Positions 1 to 9,926 of a stretch of 64,000 nucleotides of DNA are shown in pieces. The DNA is taken from positions 13,941 to 77,940 of the forward strand of contig JAEHCO010000006.1 of NCBI GenBank assembly GCA_020697715.1, given 5' to 3'. Under the pieces are notes generated by a model that saw only the letters and a program-made list of their open reading frames with translations, had not been told where the DNA came from and made no database searches. Positions within the stretch are counted from its first letter, which is position 1. Every line of letters begins with the position of its first letter. Both the position numbers and the translations under genes were made by a program. The DNA comes from Methanobacteriota archaeon (lineage in GTDB: Archaea; Thermoplasmatota; Thermoplasmata; SG8-5; JAGLSY01).

Positions 1-484
1 GAGAGGAACTGAACTTATCAACCAATTGATCGACAAAATGCCAGATAACATCAGCTTAAGGCTCATAGTTACCGGATCTGAATCCCAGATATCTGATATC
101 AAGGAACTGGTCAAAGGGAAGGATATACAATTATTCTCCAATGTTGATCCAAAAGATATGCCAGGGCAGCTCTGGAAGATGGATATCATATTGAATCCAG
201 TCATTTATGAAGGGAGTTCGCGTGCAACCCTGGAGGCTTTCGCCTGTGGCAGGCCTGCTATCATGATCGATGCAGGAAATAGATATCCTCTTATTGACAA
301 GGAAACGGGATTCCTTATTGAAAATAAGATAGATGAGCTATTAAAACTTATAAAAGATATATCCGAGAACAAGAATATCCTTAAGGATATGTCAATCAAA
401 GCTAGAAAGGTGGTTGAAGAAGAATATAGTAATGAGATCATAATCCCAAAAATAAAAAAAGTGTATGAATCATTAGGATCATAG
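1..484 (+). CDS. Glycosyltransferase family 4, C-terminal part (5' truncated by window)
   Basis: YEGSSRATLEAFACGRP EX7E motif, then ETGFLI and the typical GT-B C-terminal helix; frame open to the window edge. Confidence 0.85.
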   Translation, partial: RGTELINQLIDKMPDNISLRLIVTGSESQISDIKELVKGKDIQLFSNVDPKDMPGQLWKMDIILNPVIYEGSSRATLEAFACGRPAIMIDAGNRYPLIDKETGFLIENKIDELLKLIKDISENKNILKDMSIKARKVVEEEYSNEIIIPKIKKVYESLGS

Positions 485-489
485 GCGAG

Positions 490-1527
490 TTGAAAATGAC
501 AGATGATCAGTGGATAATAAGGAAATATGTCGAGTCGGACAAGGATCAGATAGTCCATGATCTCGAAAAAATATCCAAAATGAGCCGTGAAGAATGGGAA
601 TGGAAATATTTTGGCCAGAAAGAAGAGCCAGATATATGGGTGGTCGAGAAGGATAGCACTATCATCGGACATCTTGGCCTTATCAATCACAAAATAAATT
701 CAAAAGGAAATGTCATTGATGGATGTCACGCTGTTGACCTCTACATTTATGAAGAACACAGAAGAAAGGGCATATTTGTCGAGCTTGGTAAGAAAGCACT
801 GGATTCTGCTGGTGAGAAGGGGACGGACATCGCTTTCGGATTTCCAAACATAGAAGCAATGGGTGGACATTTGAAATATGGCTGGAAACAGATAGGAATG
901 ATCACCAGGGCGATGAAGCCCCTGAAGCCACATGAATATTCTATGAAAGTATTTCCAGATAATAAGCTCAAACAGACATTACTCAAGAGCAAGATGAAAC
1001 AGTATGGCAAAAGAAAGGCCATTGACCCTATTTCGGGATTGACCATATCAGGTATTGAGAAGTTTGACGATGACATCAATAAATTTATCGATACCTATGC
1101 AAATAAGAGCGAATTAAATATGGTTCAGAGAGATTCAGATCATCTAAACTGGAGATACAATGCTCACCCTGAAAAGAAATACAAGTCAATGGTAGCAATT
1201 GCAAATGGTGAGATCAAGGGATTCATAATCGGTACGACCGACAAAGGAAATGGATACATTGTCGATATGATGGTATCGCATGGCGAACATGACATACTGA
1301 AAAACCTTATATGGAATATGGAAGAATATTTCTTGAAAATGGATGCGGTTGCTGCATATACCTGGATCCCAAAACCATATCTTGAAATATTCAAGGGTAT
1401 GGAATATATAACAAGGAAGCCTACACAATATTTCATAGTGAGATCAAATTCAGATAGAACTGATCTGGATGAGATGTTTGACATTGATAATTGGTTTATT
1501 ACCATGGGAGATTCAGATCTTCATTAG
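490..1527 (+). CDS. GNAT-family N-acyltransferase (double GNAT) in glycan cluster
   Basis: DLYIYEEHRRKGIF acetyl-CoA motif A, FGFPN and RDSDHLNWRY motifs typical of polysaccharide-locus GNATs. Confidence 0.75.
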   Translation: MKMTDDQWIIRKYVESDKDQIVHDLEKISKMSREEWEWKYFGQKEEPDIWVVEKDSTIIGHLGLINHKINSKGNVIDGCHAVDLYIYEEHRRKGIFVELGKKALDSAGEKGTDIAFGFPNIEAMGGHLKYGWKQIGMITRAMKPLKPHEYSMKVFPDNKLKQTLLKSKMKQYGKRKAIDPISGLTISGIEKFDDDINKFIDTYANKSELNMVQRDSDHLNWRYNAHPEKKYKSMVAIANGEIKGFIIGTTDKGNGYIVDMMVSHGEHDILKNLIWNMEEYFLKMDAVAAYTWIPKPYLEIFKGMEYITRKPTQYFIVRSNSDRTDLDEMFDIDNWFITMGDSDLH

Positions 1528-1533
1528 GTGAAC

Positions 1534-2703
1534 ATGATGGTGCATGAAAATATCAATAAGGAAAAATTGCAGCAGACAATTCAAAAAGGCCTCAACTGGC
1601 TCACCTCCAGTGATATATATTGCGATAATGGAGGTATGAGATCAAAATATGATCCAAAAACAAAGCAATATGAAATCTGGAAAGAAGGCAACACGGATGT
1701 GTTATGTACATCTGGACTTGTCGAAGTAATAATAAATTATTCTGAGATGTTCAATGATGACCAGTATGATGATCAGCTTCTAAGATCTGTAAATCATCTA
1801 TGCGATCTTTGGGATGATGAAAAAGGATTAATGTGGGCGGGCCAGGGATCAAAATGGATATATCCTTTCTGGGCCAGTAATGCTGCATATGTTCTATACG
1901 ATTATTATGAAAAAACCAAGCATGAAAGATCAAAAAATATTGCTGAAAAGATTATTGATTGGTTGATATCCATTCAAAATCCAGATGGAGCAATTCCAAA
2001 GAATCAAATATGGTCTGGAAAGATCGATAAGAAGCCTGTTACTAGCTGGAACACGATACTTATCAGGGCATTCCTGAAAGCCGATGAAATGGGACATATT
2101 GGAGCTCAGGAAGCAGCTCTCCGCCTTTCTGAATGGATGCTGGCCAATCAATTGAAAGATGGAAGTTATTATTATTCATTTGACTCGATAAATAATATAT
2201 ACCGTAATATCAAGGATCGAAAAGAACATGCTATTTCATTAACTGGAGCAATGAAAAAGCACACATTGTGGAAGCACCCGACATCCCAGGCTAATTGTCT
2301 GTTAGCGTCTCTTCTTCTTTACGAAAGAAATAACGATGAGAAAATGATGAGATCAGCTCTCCAGACTCATAAATGGATCTCACACAATTTAAGCCCTCGG
2401 AACATCATGTATGAAAAGTATTACTTGAACAGCCACTCCATGCAGGAAGATGTCTATCCAACAGCTTTATTTGTGAACTCTATTTTGATATTATATGATA
2501 TCACTGGTAAAGAAAAATACCTTACAGAAGCAAAGCTAATTTGGAAAGATATGATCAATGTTCAATTTGACTCCGAAGATAAAAACCTACATGGTAGTTT
2601 TCCAGGTGTGCCTCTCCACCCAACAGAAGGTGGAAAAGCATATGCTTGGGACACGATCGGTGCAGTGTATTCACTAATGGAGCTTTACAAAAGAATTATA
2701 TAG
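1534..2703 (+). CDS. (alpha/alpha)-toroid protein (six-hairpin glycosidase/epimerase/prenyltransferase-like)
   Basis: QW-like repeats WLISIQNPDGA, WMLANQLKDGSY and QFDSEDKNLHGSF; SD AGGTGA before ATG. Confidence 0.6.
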   Translation: MMVHENINKEKLQQTIQKGLNWLTSSDIYCDNGGMRSKYDPKTKQYEIWKEGNTDVLCTSGLVEVIINYSEMFNDDQYDDQLLRSVNHLCDLWDDEKGLMWAGQGSKWIYPFWASNAAYVLYDYYEKTKHERSKNIAEKIIDWLISIQNPDGAIPKNQIWSGKIDKKPVTSWNTILIRAFLKADEMGHIGAQEAALRLSEWMLANQLKDGSYYYSFDSINNIYRNIKDRKEHAISLTGAMKKHTLWKHPTSQANCLLASLLLYERNNDEKMMRSALQTHKWISHNLSPRNIMYEKYYLNSHSMQEDVYPTALFVNSILILYDITGKEKYLTEAKLIWKDMINVQFDSEDKNLHGSFPGVPLHPTEGGKAYAWDTIGAVYSLMELYKRII

Positions 2704-2733
2704 AGAAGAAATGTAATGATAATTGGAAGGTGT

Positions 2734-4065
2734 ATGATGAAACAAAGACCATTGATCGGGATCATCGATGACCAGACACCGGAATTCAAGGTCATGGTCG
2801 AACTCCTTAATCTTAATGGTCATATTTTTGAAGAAGCTCAGGAAGATGAGAAATACATCTGCGTTCTGATACCTCATAAATCATACTCTGTGATCGAAGT
2901 TGCCAAGATGCATGTGGAGAATGAAAAGCACATCATCATTGTTGACGAGATTTTCCCATTAAAAGAGGTGTTTGACCACCTGGCAGGTATTGATGATAAG
3001 AGATATCTTGAAGATAAACTTATGGAAGTTCCAGTCAATGAATTTGCAGATAAATTATTGGATAGGATCAGGCGGCTTTTCATACTACGAAAATTCCCAC
3101 TTATAAGAAAATGGTATTGGCCAGATTTCGCCAATGCATGCGCGATAATCACGCATGACATTGACACCATGAACAATCCACCGTCTGGCTCAACAGCACA
3201 GACATTGAAATACGGATATACCAGGAAGGTCAAAAAAGAGCCATTCTCAGATAATATGGATAATATCTTTGAGATCGAAAAAGAGGCTGGCATATCATCC
3301 TCGTTCTTCTTCTTCTCGGATTATGGTAAGTTCCAAAGTCATTTCATAGAGAATTATTGTAATATGAAGGACAAATTCCCTGGAGAACTGGGATTGCATG
3401 GATCTCTACATTCTTTCCAGAGTCACCATGTACTGGCCAAGGAAAAGAATGATCTAGAAAAATTATTTGTAACGAGGATCACAGGAACAAGACAGCATGG
3501 TCTCAATTTCAGAATACCTCATACATGGCGATACCATGAGGAGGCTGGCTTTGATTATGACATGTCACATTATTACAATGATAAATTCGGTTTCAGAGCC
3601 GGTATATGCCATCCATATCACCCCTTTGATGCCCTAAAGAAAGAAAGGTTCGATATATTGGAATTACCAACCTCTTTCATGGACTGGACAGCATTGGATA
3701 TGAATATTGATCATGACAAAATAATGAAGAATATTACATCACTTTCAGATATCATTGAAAAAGAAAATGGTATATTTGCGCTTAACTTTCATAATATGTA
3801 CATCAATGAAGACACATATCCAGACATAACCAAGGCCTTTTCAGATTCGATTGCTCTTTTGAAACAAAAGAAGTTCTGGATCACAACTGGCAGGGAATGT
3901 GCAGGATGGTGGAGAAGGAGAGAGAATTCGAATATCGTGATCAAGGTTGCTCAAAACAAGATGGCGATCTATTCCAAGGAAAAGCTTCCTGTAATAATTG
4001 AATATCCAGATAAGAAGATCGTGAAGAAGATCATTGATGCCAAGGGTATAAGAATGGAGTGCTAA
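2734..4065 (+). CDS. Polysaccharide deacetylase (NodB-like) family protein
   Basis: ITHDID, ELGLHGS, GTRQHGL, GFRAGICHPY, ELPTSFMD and LNFH motifs. Confidence 0.8.
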   Translation: MMKQRPLIGIIDDQTPEFKVMVELLNLNGHIFEEAQEDEKYICVLIPHKSYSVIEVAKMHVENEKHIIIVDEIFPLKEVFDHLAGIDDKRYLEDKLMEVPVNEFADKLLDRIRRLFILRKFPLIRKWYWPDFANACAIITHDIDTMNNPPSGSTAQTLKYGYTRKVKKEPFSDNMDNIFEIEKEAGISSSFFFFSDYGKFQSHFIENYCNMKDKFPGELGLHGSLHSFQSHHVLAKEKNDLEKLFVTRITGTRQHGLNFRIPHTWRYHEEAGFDYDMSHYYNDKFGFRAGICHPYHPFDALKKERFDILELPTSFMDWTALDMNIDHDKIMKNITSLSDIIEKENGIFALNFHNMYINEDTYPDITKAFSDSIALLKQKKFWITTGRECAGWWRRRENSNIVIKVAQNKMAIYSKEKLPVIIEYPDKKIVKKIIDAKGIRMEC

Positions 4066-4066
4066 A

Positions 4067-5062
4067 ATGGTGACCATCAGAGAAGCCACAGAAGCAGATA
4101 AAGATGAATGGAATGAGGTGGCTTCTCAATCCAAAGATGGCACTTATGCACATACTTGGGAGTGGGCGGATGTCATCGAACAAGGCCTTGGAATTGGATC
4201 CGTGAAGCTCGTCGCAGAAGATGACGGGCACATCGTAGGGATCTATTCCGGCTTCCTGAAAGAAGGAAAACACAATGTCCTTTTCTCACCCATTGATATT
4301 ACCTGGGATTATGGTGGACCTTGTTGTCTGAGATCAGCACCCGGATCCACATTGTCAGAATTGCTTACTGCAATGGAGAAACAAGCCAAGGGAAAAAAGG
4401 CTGTTTCGCTTAGGATATCACCCTTTTTTAATTCAGATTATTTTTCGATGCTGGAAGATTCAGAATATCGAAGAAGTGAGAGACTTACCTCGATCATTGA
4501 CCTTGCCTTAGCTGAAGATGAATTATGGAGCAATGTGAAAAAGAATGCCCGTAGATATATCAATAAACCCAAAGAAGCTGGTATTAAGATCATTGAAGAT
4601 AATTCAATTAACGGTATAAGAAATTGTCATAATATTTTAGATAAATTCTCTTCAGAATCAGACATGAGATGCCCACCTCTAGTCTTTTTCGAAAAGCTTC
4701 ATGAATACTTTTCTCCCCTTGGTTTTTTAAAGATCCATTTAGTTTACGATGATGATAAAATAATTGGAACTGGCCTAAGCTTCAGATACAATGGGGTATC
4801 GACGTTTAGATATGCTGCAATAATGGATGAATACAAGGAAACTTATGCTCATTATTTACTTCATTGGGAGAGGATCCTTGAAGCAAAACAAGATAGATTA
4901 AAAATGGTAGACCTGGGCGGTATGCCAAATGATGAAGATAATGGAGTTTATTTCTTTAAAAGTAGATTTGGTGGTAAAATAGTCAATGTGGACTGGTTTG
5001 TGAAAGACATTAAATACAAAACACTTCGTAAGATTCGTAGAGACATGAAGGGTAGAAAATGA
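4067..5062 (+). CDS. FemAB-like GNAT (aminoacyl/acyltransferase)
   Basis: HTWEW, YGGP, IIDL..EDELWSNVKKNARRYI, DLGG and GVYFFKSRFGG FemAB/Acetyltransf_6 motifs. Confidence 0.8.
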   Translation: MVTIREATEADKDEWNEVASQSKDGTYAHTWEWADVIEQGLGIGSVKLVAEDDGHIVGIYSGFLKEGKHNVLFSPIDITWDYGGPCCLRSAPGSTLSELLTAMEKQAKGKKAVSLRISPFFNSDYFSMLEDSEYRRSERLTSIIDLALAEDELWSNVKKNARRYINKPKEAGIKIIEDNSINGIRNCHNILDKFSSESDMRCPPLVFFEKLHEYFSPLGFLKIHLVYDDDKIIGTGLSFRYNGVSTFRYAAIMDEYKETYAHYLLHWERILEAKQDRLKMVDLGGMPNDEDNGVYFFKSRFGGKIVNVDWFVKDIKYKTLRKIRRDMKGRK

Positions 5063-6096
5063 ATGAAATAACAGTGCAGATCGCTGAAGAAGATCAACAT
5101 GATGCTTGGAACAGCATAGTCAACCAAAGTCCAAATGGAACTTTTTATCATACTTGGGAATGGACCAAAGTTATTGAAGACGGTATTGTGGGCAATGGCG
5201 AGAGCACATATCGTATCTGTGCTATTGTTGATGGGAAAGTTGCAGGAATTATGCCAGTATTCATTAGAAAAGCATTCATTGATACTAAATTGAAGGTACA
5301 TTTGCCACTATATGTTGCCTGGTCACCCCATCCTAAGCTATACGGATTTGGTGGACCTTGTACAACACCGGAACATAAAGATGAAGTATCTAAGGCTCTC
5401 ATTTCTGAATCCATAAAATTGATCTCTGAAAAGCACAAAATGAGAACTTGCTGGATGTGGTGCTATGATGAAAGGCCATTGGAAAATGTTTTGGCCAGAT
5501 CCAACTATCAATTACGTCGCCACAAGAAAACATCATTCATTGATCTAAGACCACCTGAGGATGATATATTAAATAACATCAAGAAAAAATATCGACAGAA
5601 TATCAGAACTGCAGAGAAATCAGGAGTTCGTATAATTGAATCTAACAATGTCGATGATGTAGATCATTTTTACAATAAATTTCAGACAGAGCTTATAAAA
5701 AACATAAAAAGCCAACCAGGAAATAAATATAGGCAGGTCTCAAATGCAACTTTGACCAAGAACTATTTTGATGCTTTGTTCAAACATGCTTTCTCAAAAA
5801 AAATGGCACGTCTTTTCTTTGCCGAGTACCAGGGTGAGCGAATTGGTGCTTTGATCAATTTTTATTTCAAAGGTGTGGTATCTCTCGGCCACACTTCGAT
5901 ATTAAGTGAGCATGGCAATCTCCAAGCCTATAAGTTATTGATCTGGAACACAATATTAGATGCAAAAAATAAAGGGTACGTTAGATTGGATCTGACAGGA
6001 CTTCCACCTGACGAATCACATGGTCAATACAGATTCAAGAAAGATTGGAATGGAGATATAGTGGACATAGGAATATACAAAAGGAAGGTGGAGTGA
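5059..6096 (+). CDS. FemAB-like GNAT (paralog of upstream gene)
   Basis: TFYHTWEW, FGGP, IDLRPPEDDILNNIKKKYRQNIR and YRFKKDWNG; ATGA overlap with upstream gene. Confidence 0.8.
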   Translation: MNEITVQIAEEDQHDAWNSIVNQSPNGTFYHTWEWTKVIEDGIVGNGESTYRICAIVDGKVAGIMPVFIRKAFIDTKLKVHLPLYVAWSPHPKLYGFGGPCTTPEHKDEVSKALISESIKLISEKHKMRTCWMWCYDERPLENVLARSNYQLRRHKKTSFIDLRPPEDDILNNIKKKYRQNIRTAEKSGVRIIESNNVDDVDHFYNKFQTELIKNIKSQPGNKYRQVSNATLTKNYFDALFKHAFSKKMARLFFAEYQGERIGALINFYFKGVVSLGHTSILSEHGNLQAYKLLIWNTILDAKNKGYVRLDLTGLPPDESHGQYRFKKDWNGDIVDIGIYKRKVE

Positions 6097-7311
6097 ACGT
6101 CAAAGAAAGTTGCCATGGTGATCAAAGAAGATTTTCTTTCAGGATCTGTTCGCGACCCTAGAGTGGACAAGGCCGCTATTAGTCTTAAAAAAGCAGGTTA
6201 TGATGTGCATATAATTATTCGTAATGCTGCTCCAGATGTAGAAAGAATTCGAAGTTATGGCAATATTCCTGTTATCGTAGGACGCCTACCTCCAAAATTA
6301 TTGATCCCAAAATCCTCTATTTCAAGGAAGATTGCTAAAAAAGCAAAGTTGTTTCTTTGCGCAAAAGAGATCATTGATATCAACCCAGATATAATTCATA
6401 TTCATGAAGAGAACATACTACATATTGGAGTACTGGCTAAACTATTATCTGGAAAGCCATTGGTCTATGATGCTCATGAAGATTATGTAAGATACATCAT
6501 CGGAAGAATGAATATTGATCTCAAGGAAAATCGTAGCTTAAGAAAAGTTCTCCATTATAAAATACAAATTCTTCGCAGATCATTCACCGAAGCTTTCTTT
6601 ATTAAGCATTTTGTAGACCATGTAATTACTGTGAACTCATTTTTGGAGAATAAATATTCTAAATGGGCACCGACCTCGATAGTCATGAATTCCAGGAGTA
6701 TCAATGACTTGCCCAAATCCTCATCAAATGACATTCTGGATCAGTTTGATATAGCAAAAGAGCAATTCAAGGTTATCTTTGTAACGAAATATTATAATAA
6801 TTGGGGATTTGAAACAGTTTTTGAAGCCTCTAAATTACTTCCAGAAGGATATCAAATAATCGTGGTTTGTCCATTGAGAGATGAACTTAAGTCATTGATA
6901 AAGGAATATGAGCCAATGCCAAATGTCATTTTTACGGATGCTGTTTCTAAGGAAGGTGTCATGGAACTAATTGCTAACTCCGATGTTGGAATAATTCCAT
7001 TACCGTATGACCCAAATACCTTCATTAGTACCCCAAATAAAATATTTGAATATATGCTGGGCGGCATCCCAATAATTTCATCTAATTTCCCAGAGATAGA
7101 GAAGATCATCAAGAATGATAATTGCGGTTTATTGATCAAGCCAGAAGATCCTGAAGAATTGGCGAAAGCTATCATTTATTTGAAGAATAATGAAGAAAAA
7201 AGAATTAACATGGGCAATAATGGTAAAAAGGCCAACCGGGAAAAATATAACTGGGAGATTCAGGAAAGAAGATTGCTCGGAGTGTATGATAAATTATTGA
7301 AGAATAATTAA
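6097..7311 (+). CDS. Glycosyltransferase family 4 (start uncertain: ACG 6097 or ATG 6115)
   Basis: DPRV, LVYDAHE and PNKIFEYMLGGIPIISS motifs; in-frame KKVAMVI beta-strand begins upstream of the first ATG. Confidence 0.85.
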   Translation, partial: TSKKVAMVIKEDFLSGSVRDPRVDKAAISLKKAGYDVHIIIRNAAPDVERIRSYGNIPVIVGRLPPKLLIPKSSISRKIAKKAKLFLCAKEIIDINPDIIHIHEENILHIGVLAKLLSGKPLVYDAHEDYVRYIIGRMNIDLKENRSLRKVLHYKIQILRRSFTEAFFIKHFVDHVITVNSFLENKYSKWAPTSIVMNSRSINDLPKSSSNDILDQFDIAKEQFKVIFVTKYYNNWGFETVFEASKLLPEGYQIIVVCPLRDELKSLIKEYEPMPNVIFTDAVSKEGVMELIANSDVGIIPLPYDPNTFISTPNKIFEYMLGGIPIISSNFPEIEKIIKNDNCGLLIKPEDPEELAKAIIYLKNNEEKRINMGNNGKKANREKYNWEIQERRLLGVYDKLLKNN

Positions 7312-7339
7312 TTATAGTGATTATATTATCCGATAATAG

Positions 7340-8527
7340 ATGAAAGTATGTATAATTGGAAATATTGAAAGTATTCATATCCAAAGATGGTGCCAATACT
7401 TTTCAAACAAAGACCATGAAGTTCATCTAATTTATTTTACAGAATCACAAGGAAAGAAAGATGTATTATCCATTTTCCCAAATGCTGATAATTCCAATAT
7501 AATGTTTCATCATATGAAGACAATCACGTTTAATGATAGGCCAATAAAGCCTTTTTTTAATTTTTTTAATATGCTAAGTAATGATCATTTAAGAATACGA
7601 ATTCATAAAGTATATTTAGATAAGATAATAGATAATATCAAGCCAGATATAATACATGGCCATTATCTTGAAAGATATGGATATTGGGCCACCAAAAGTG
7701 GAGTACGTCCTCTTGTTCTAACTGCATGGGGCAGTGATATTATTTTTGCCGAATCTAAAACTCAACTTAAAAATCTAAAATATATGTTCAATAAAACAGA
7801 CCTGATCCACACAGGAGATACAGAAGGAAGGATGAGATTGATTGAATTTGGCTGTGATCCAGATAAGATATTCATACAGCCATGGGGTATAAATACAAAT
7901 AGATTCAAACCATCTGCGAAAGAGGATGAATTACGAAAGAAAATAATAGATGATGAAGATGGCTGTATCATAACCATAGTTCGTTCTTTGAAAGAAGTTT
8001 ATGATATTCCTACTCTGATTAAAGCAGCATCTGTTATTGTCAAAAAAGGAAGTGATGTGAAATTTTTAGTTATCGGTGAAGGTAAAGAGAAAGAAAATCT
8101 AAAAATGATGGCTAAAGAATTGAGCATAAGTGATAATATCATTTTCAAGGGAGCGATCCCTAATGATCAATTACACACTTATCTTGCAAGTAGTGATATT
8201 TATGTAGATACCCCACACCCTACAAAAGGTGGGGGCGGAATTGGAGTTGCTTTAATGGAAGCTATGAGCTCCGGATTGCCTTGTGTCGTGGCCAAGAGAC
8301 CAGGGGCAGAATCTGGTGTCTTAGATGGTGAGAATGGATATGTTTTTGAAGGCGGTAACTATGAAGAATTAGCTGAAAAGTTACTTACACTTATAGAAAA
8401 TAATGATGCAAGAATCGAATTTGGTGAAAAAGGTAGAGCTATTGCCCTTGAAATTGGAGATTGGGATAAGAATATGAAAATATTTGAGGATAAATACCTC
8501 AAGTTGATAGAAAAACTCAATGCCTGA
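7340..8527 (+). CDS. Glycosyltransferase family 4
   Basis: SIHIQRW, LTAWGSDI and GVALMEAMSSGLP motifs. Confidence 0.9.
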   Translation: MKVCIIGNIESIHIQRWCQYFSNKDHEVHLIYFTESQGKKDVLSIFPNADNSNIMFHHMKTITFNDRPIKPFFNFFNMLSNDHLRIRIHKVYLDKIIDNIKPDIIHGHYLERYGYWATKSGVRPLVLTAWGSDIIFAESKTQLKNLKYMFNKTDLIHTGDTEGRMRLIEFGCDPDKIFIQPWGINTNRFKPSAKEDELRKKIIDDEDGCIITIVRSLKEVYDIPTLIKAASVIVKKGSDVKFLVIGEGKEKENLKMMAKELSISDNIIFKGAIPNDQLHTYLASSDIYVDTPHPTKGGGGIGVALMEAMSSGLPCVVAKRPGAESGVLDGENGYVFEGGNYEELAEKLLTLIENNDARIEFGEKGRAIALEIGDWDKNMKIFEDKYLKLIEKLNA

Positions 8528-8583
8528 TTGTCTGAGAATTATAGATAAACCTAATTATTCATCTTTATTAGTTTAGGTTATAC

Positions 8584-8664
8584 ATGAATGACAAGATTCC
8601 TTTGTTAAAGCCATACTTTGATTCAGAAGAACTTGATGAAATTATAATGTTAATGAAGAGGTAA
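8584..8664 (+). pseudogene. N-terminal remnant of a DegT/DnrJ/EryC1 sugar aminotransferase
   Basis: MNDKIPLLKPYFDSEELDEI resembles the typical DegT N-terminus; stops after 26 aa, about 100 bp before the oppositely oriented AT-rich genes. Confidence 0.55.
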
Positions 8665-8764
8665 GGCTTCGTCTTTGGCTATAGATTATTCTTTTGTTGA
8701 AATATGCATAGGCACTATTTTTATATAAGAGAGGCAATAAATATGAGGTTATGAGACATTAATA

Positions 8765-9835
8765 TTAAGAATATTTTATTTGTTTATTTTTCATCTTCTT
8801 TTTATACCATATATTTGGTTGTCCAGTCCAAAAATCACATCCCTTGCAATCGGGAATTTTGTCCCATTGACCTGATAAATGTAATTCTCTTAAGGTATTT
8901 AACTTCGTCCCAAAATAGACTTCACGCAATGGTTTATCTTTTATATTGCCCAGTGATAATGAGCCTTTTTCACGAGATGATAAGCCAATACAACATGGAT
9001 AAATATTACCATTTTTGTCTATTGATATTGTTGTCCATAAATTATAACATGGATATCTTATTATCCTATTTTTTTCAATTGTATTTTCTTCAATTTCTAA
9101 TTCATCAAGATTTATTTCGCCTGACCAATTTACTAAAGGGCGAACATGGATCAAATCATTTTCTTCAATAAGGGGACTCCAATCTTTTTTGAATTGTTGT
9201 ACTTCATCTTTAGTCTTAGCAGTCTCTAATATTTGAATGATGAGTCTTGGGTTTTCGACACCATTTGATTTTCTTATTTCTAAAAAAGTTTTTATATTTT
9301 CAACAACTAAATCAAACTTATCATCCCCCATTAACCATTTGTAGGTCTCAGGTGTTCCTGAATTTAAACTTATTAATAATCTATCACCAATATTATTTAA
9401 CAAATTGACTAGTAATAAAGAATTACTTTTATTTAATAAAATTCCGTTCATATCAAAAATTATTGGAATGCCTGGGCATTTTTCTTTGGCATATATTATT
9501 GCCTCAGATAGATGAGGATAAAACAAGGGGTCGCCAAGACCCACAGGAGTCAATGTGGCAGATTTATTCAAATTATTAGAAATATCGTCTATTATTTTTT
9601 TATATAACTCAATATCGATATCACCAATGTCAAGATCTTTCATATTTGGACGAGGGCACATCCGACAAGTTAGATTACATTTATTTGTAAGTTCAATAAT
9701 TATTGCGTAAGGGAAATCCTTTAGTATTTGATTTCTTAACATCATGAATCTCTCTTTTTTTATTTTTTCTCTATATAAAGACGTAGAGGAAATTTTTTGT
9801 TTAACTGGCTTAGGTATTAGATTTTTCAAACTCAT
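8765..9835 (-). CDS. Radical SAM protein with SPASM/twitch domain
   Basis: ELTNKCNLTCRMCP CX3CX2C; PCYNLW...GNIYPCC...CKGC SPASM cysteines. Confidence 0.9.
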   Translation of the reverse strand: MSLKNLIPKPVKQKISSTSLYREKIKKERFMMLRNQILKDFPYAIIIELTNKCNLTCRMCPRPNMKDLDIGDIDIELYKKIIDDISNNLNKSATLTPVGLGDPLFYPHLSEAIIYAKEKCPGIPIIFDMNGILLNKSNSLLLVNLLNNIGDRLLISLNSGTPETYKWLMGDDKFDLVVENIKTFLEIRKSNGVENPRLIIQILETAKTKDEVQQFKKDWSPLIEENDLIHVRPLVNWSGEINLDELEIEENTIEKNRIIRYPCYNLWTTISIDKNGNIYPCCIGLSSREKGSLSLGNIKDKPLREVYFGTKLNTLRELHLSGQWDKIPDCKGCDFWTGQPNIWYKKKMKNKQIKYS

Positions 9836-9926
9836 TAAAATTCAATATGTATTTAGACTATTTGAAATTATCCTCTTAATAAAACAATTATGAGTTTCTT
9901 ACTTGTGGTTAATATGAAGTATTTGT

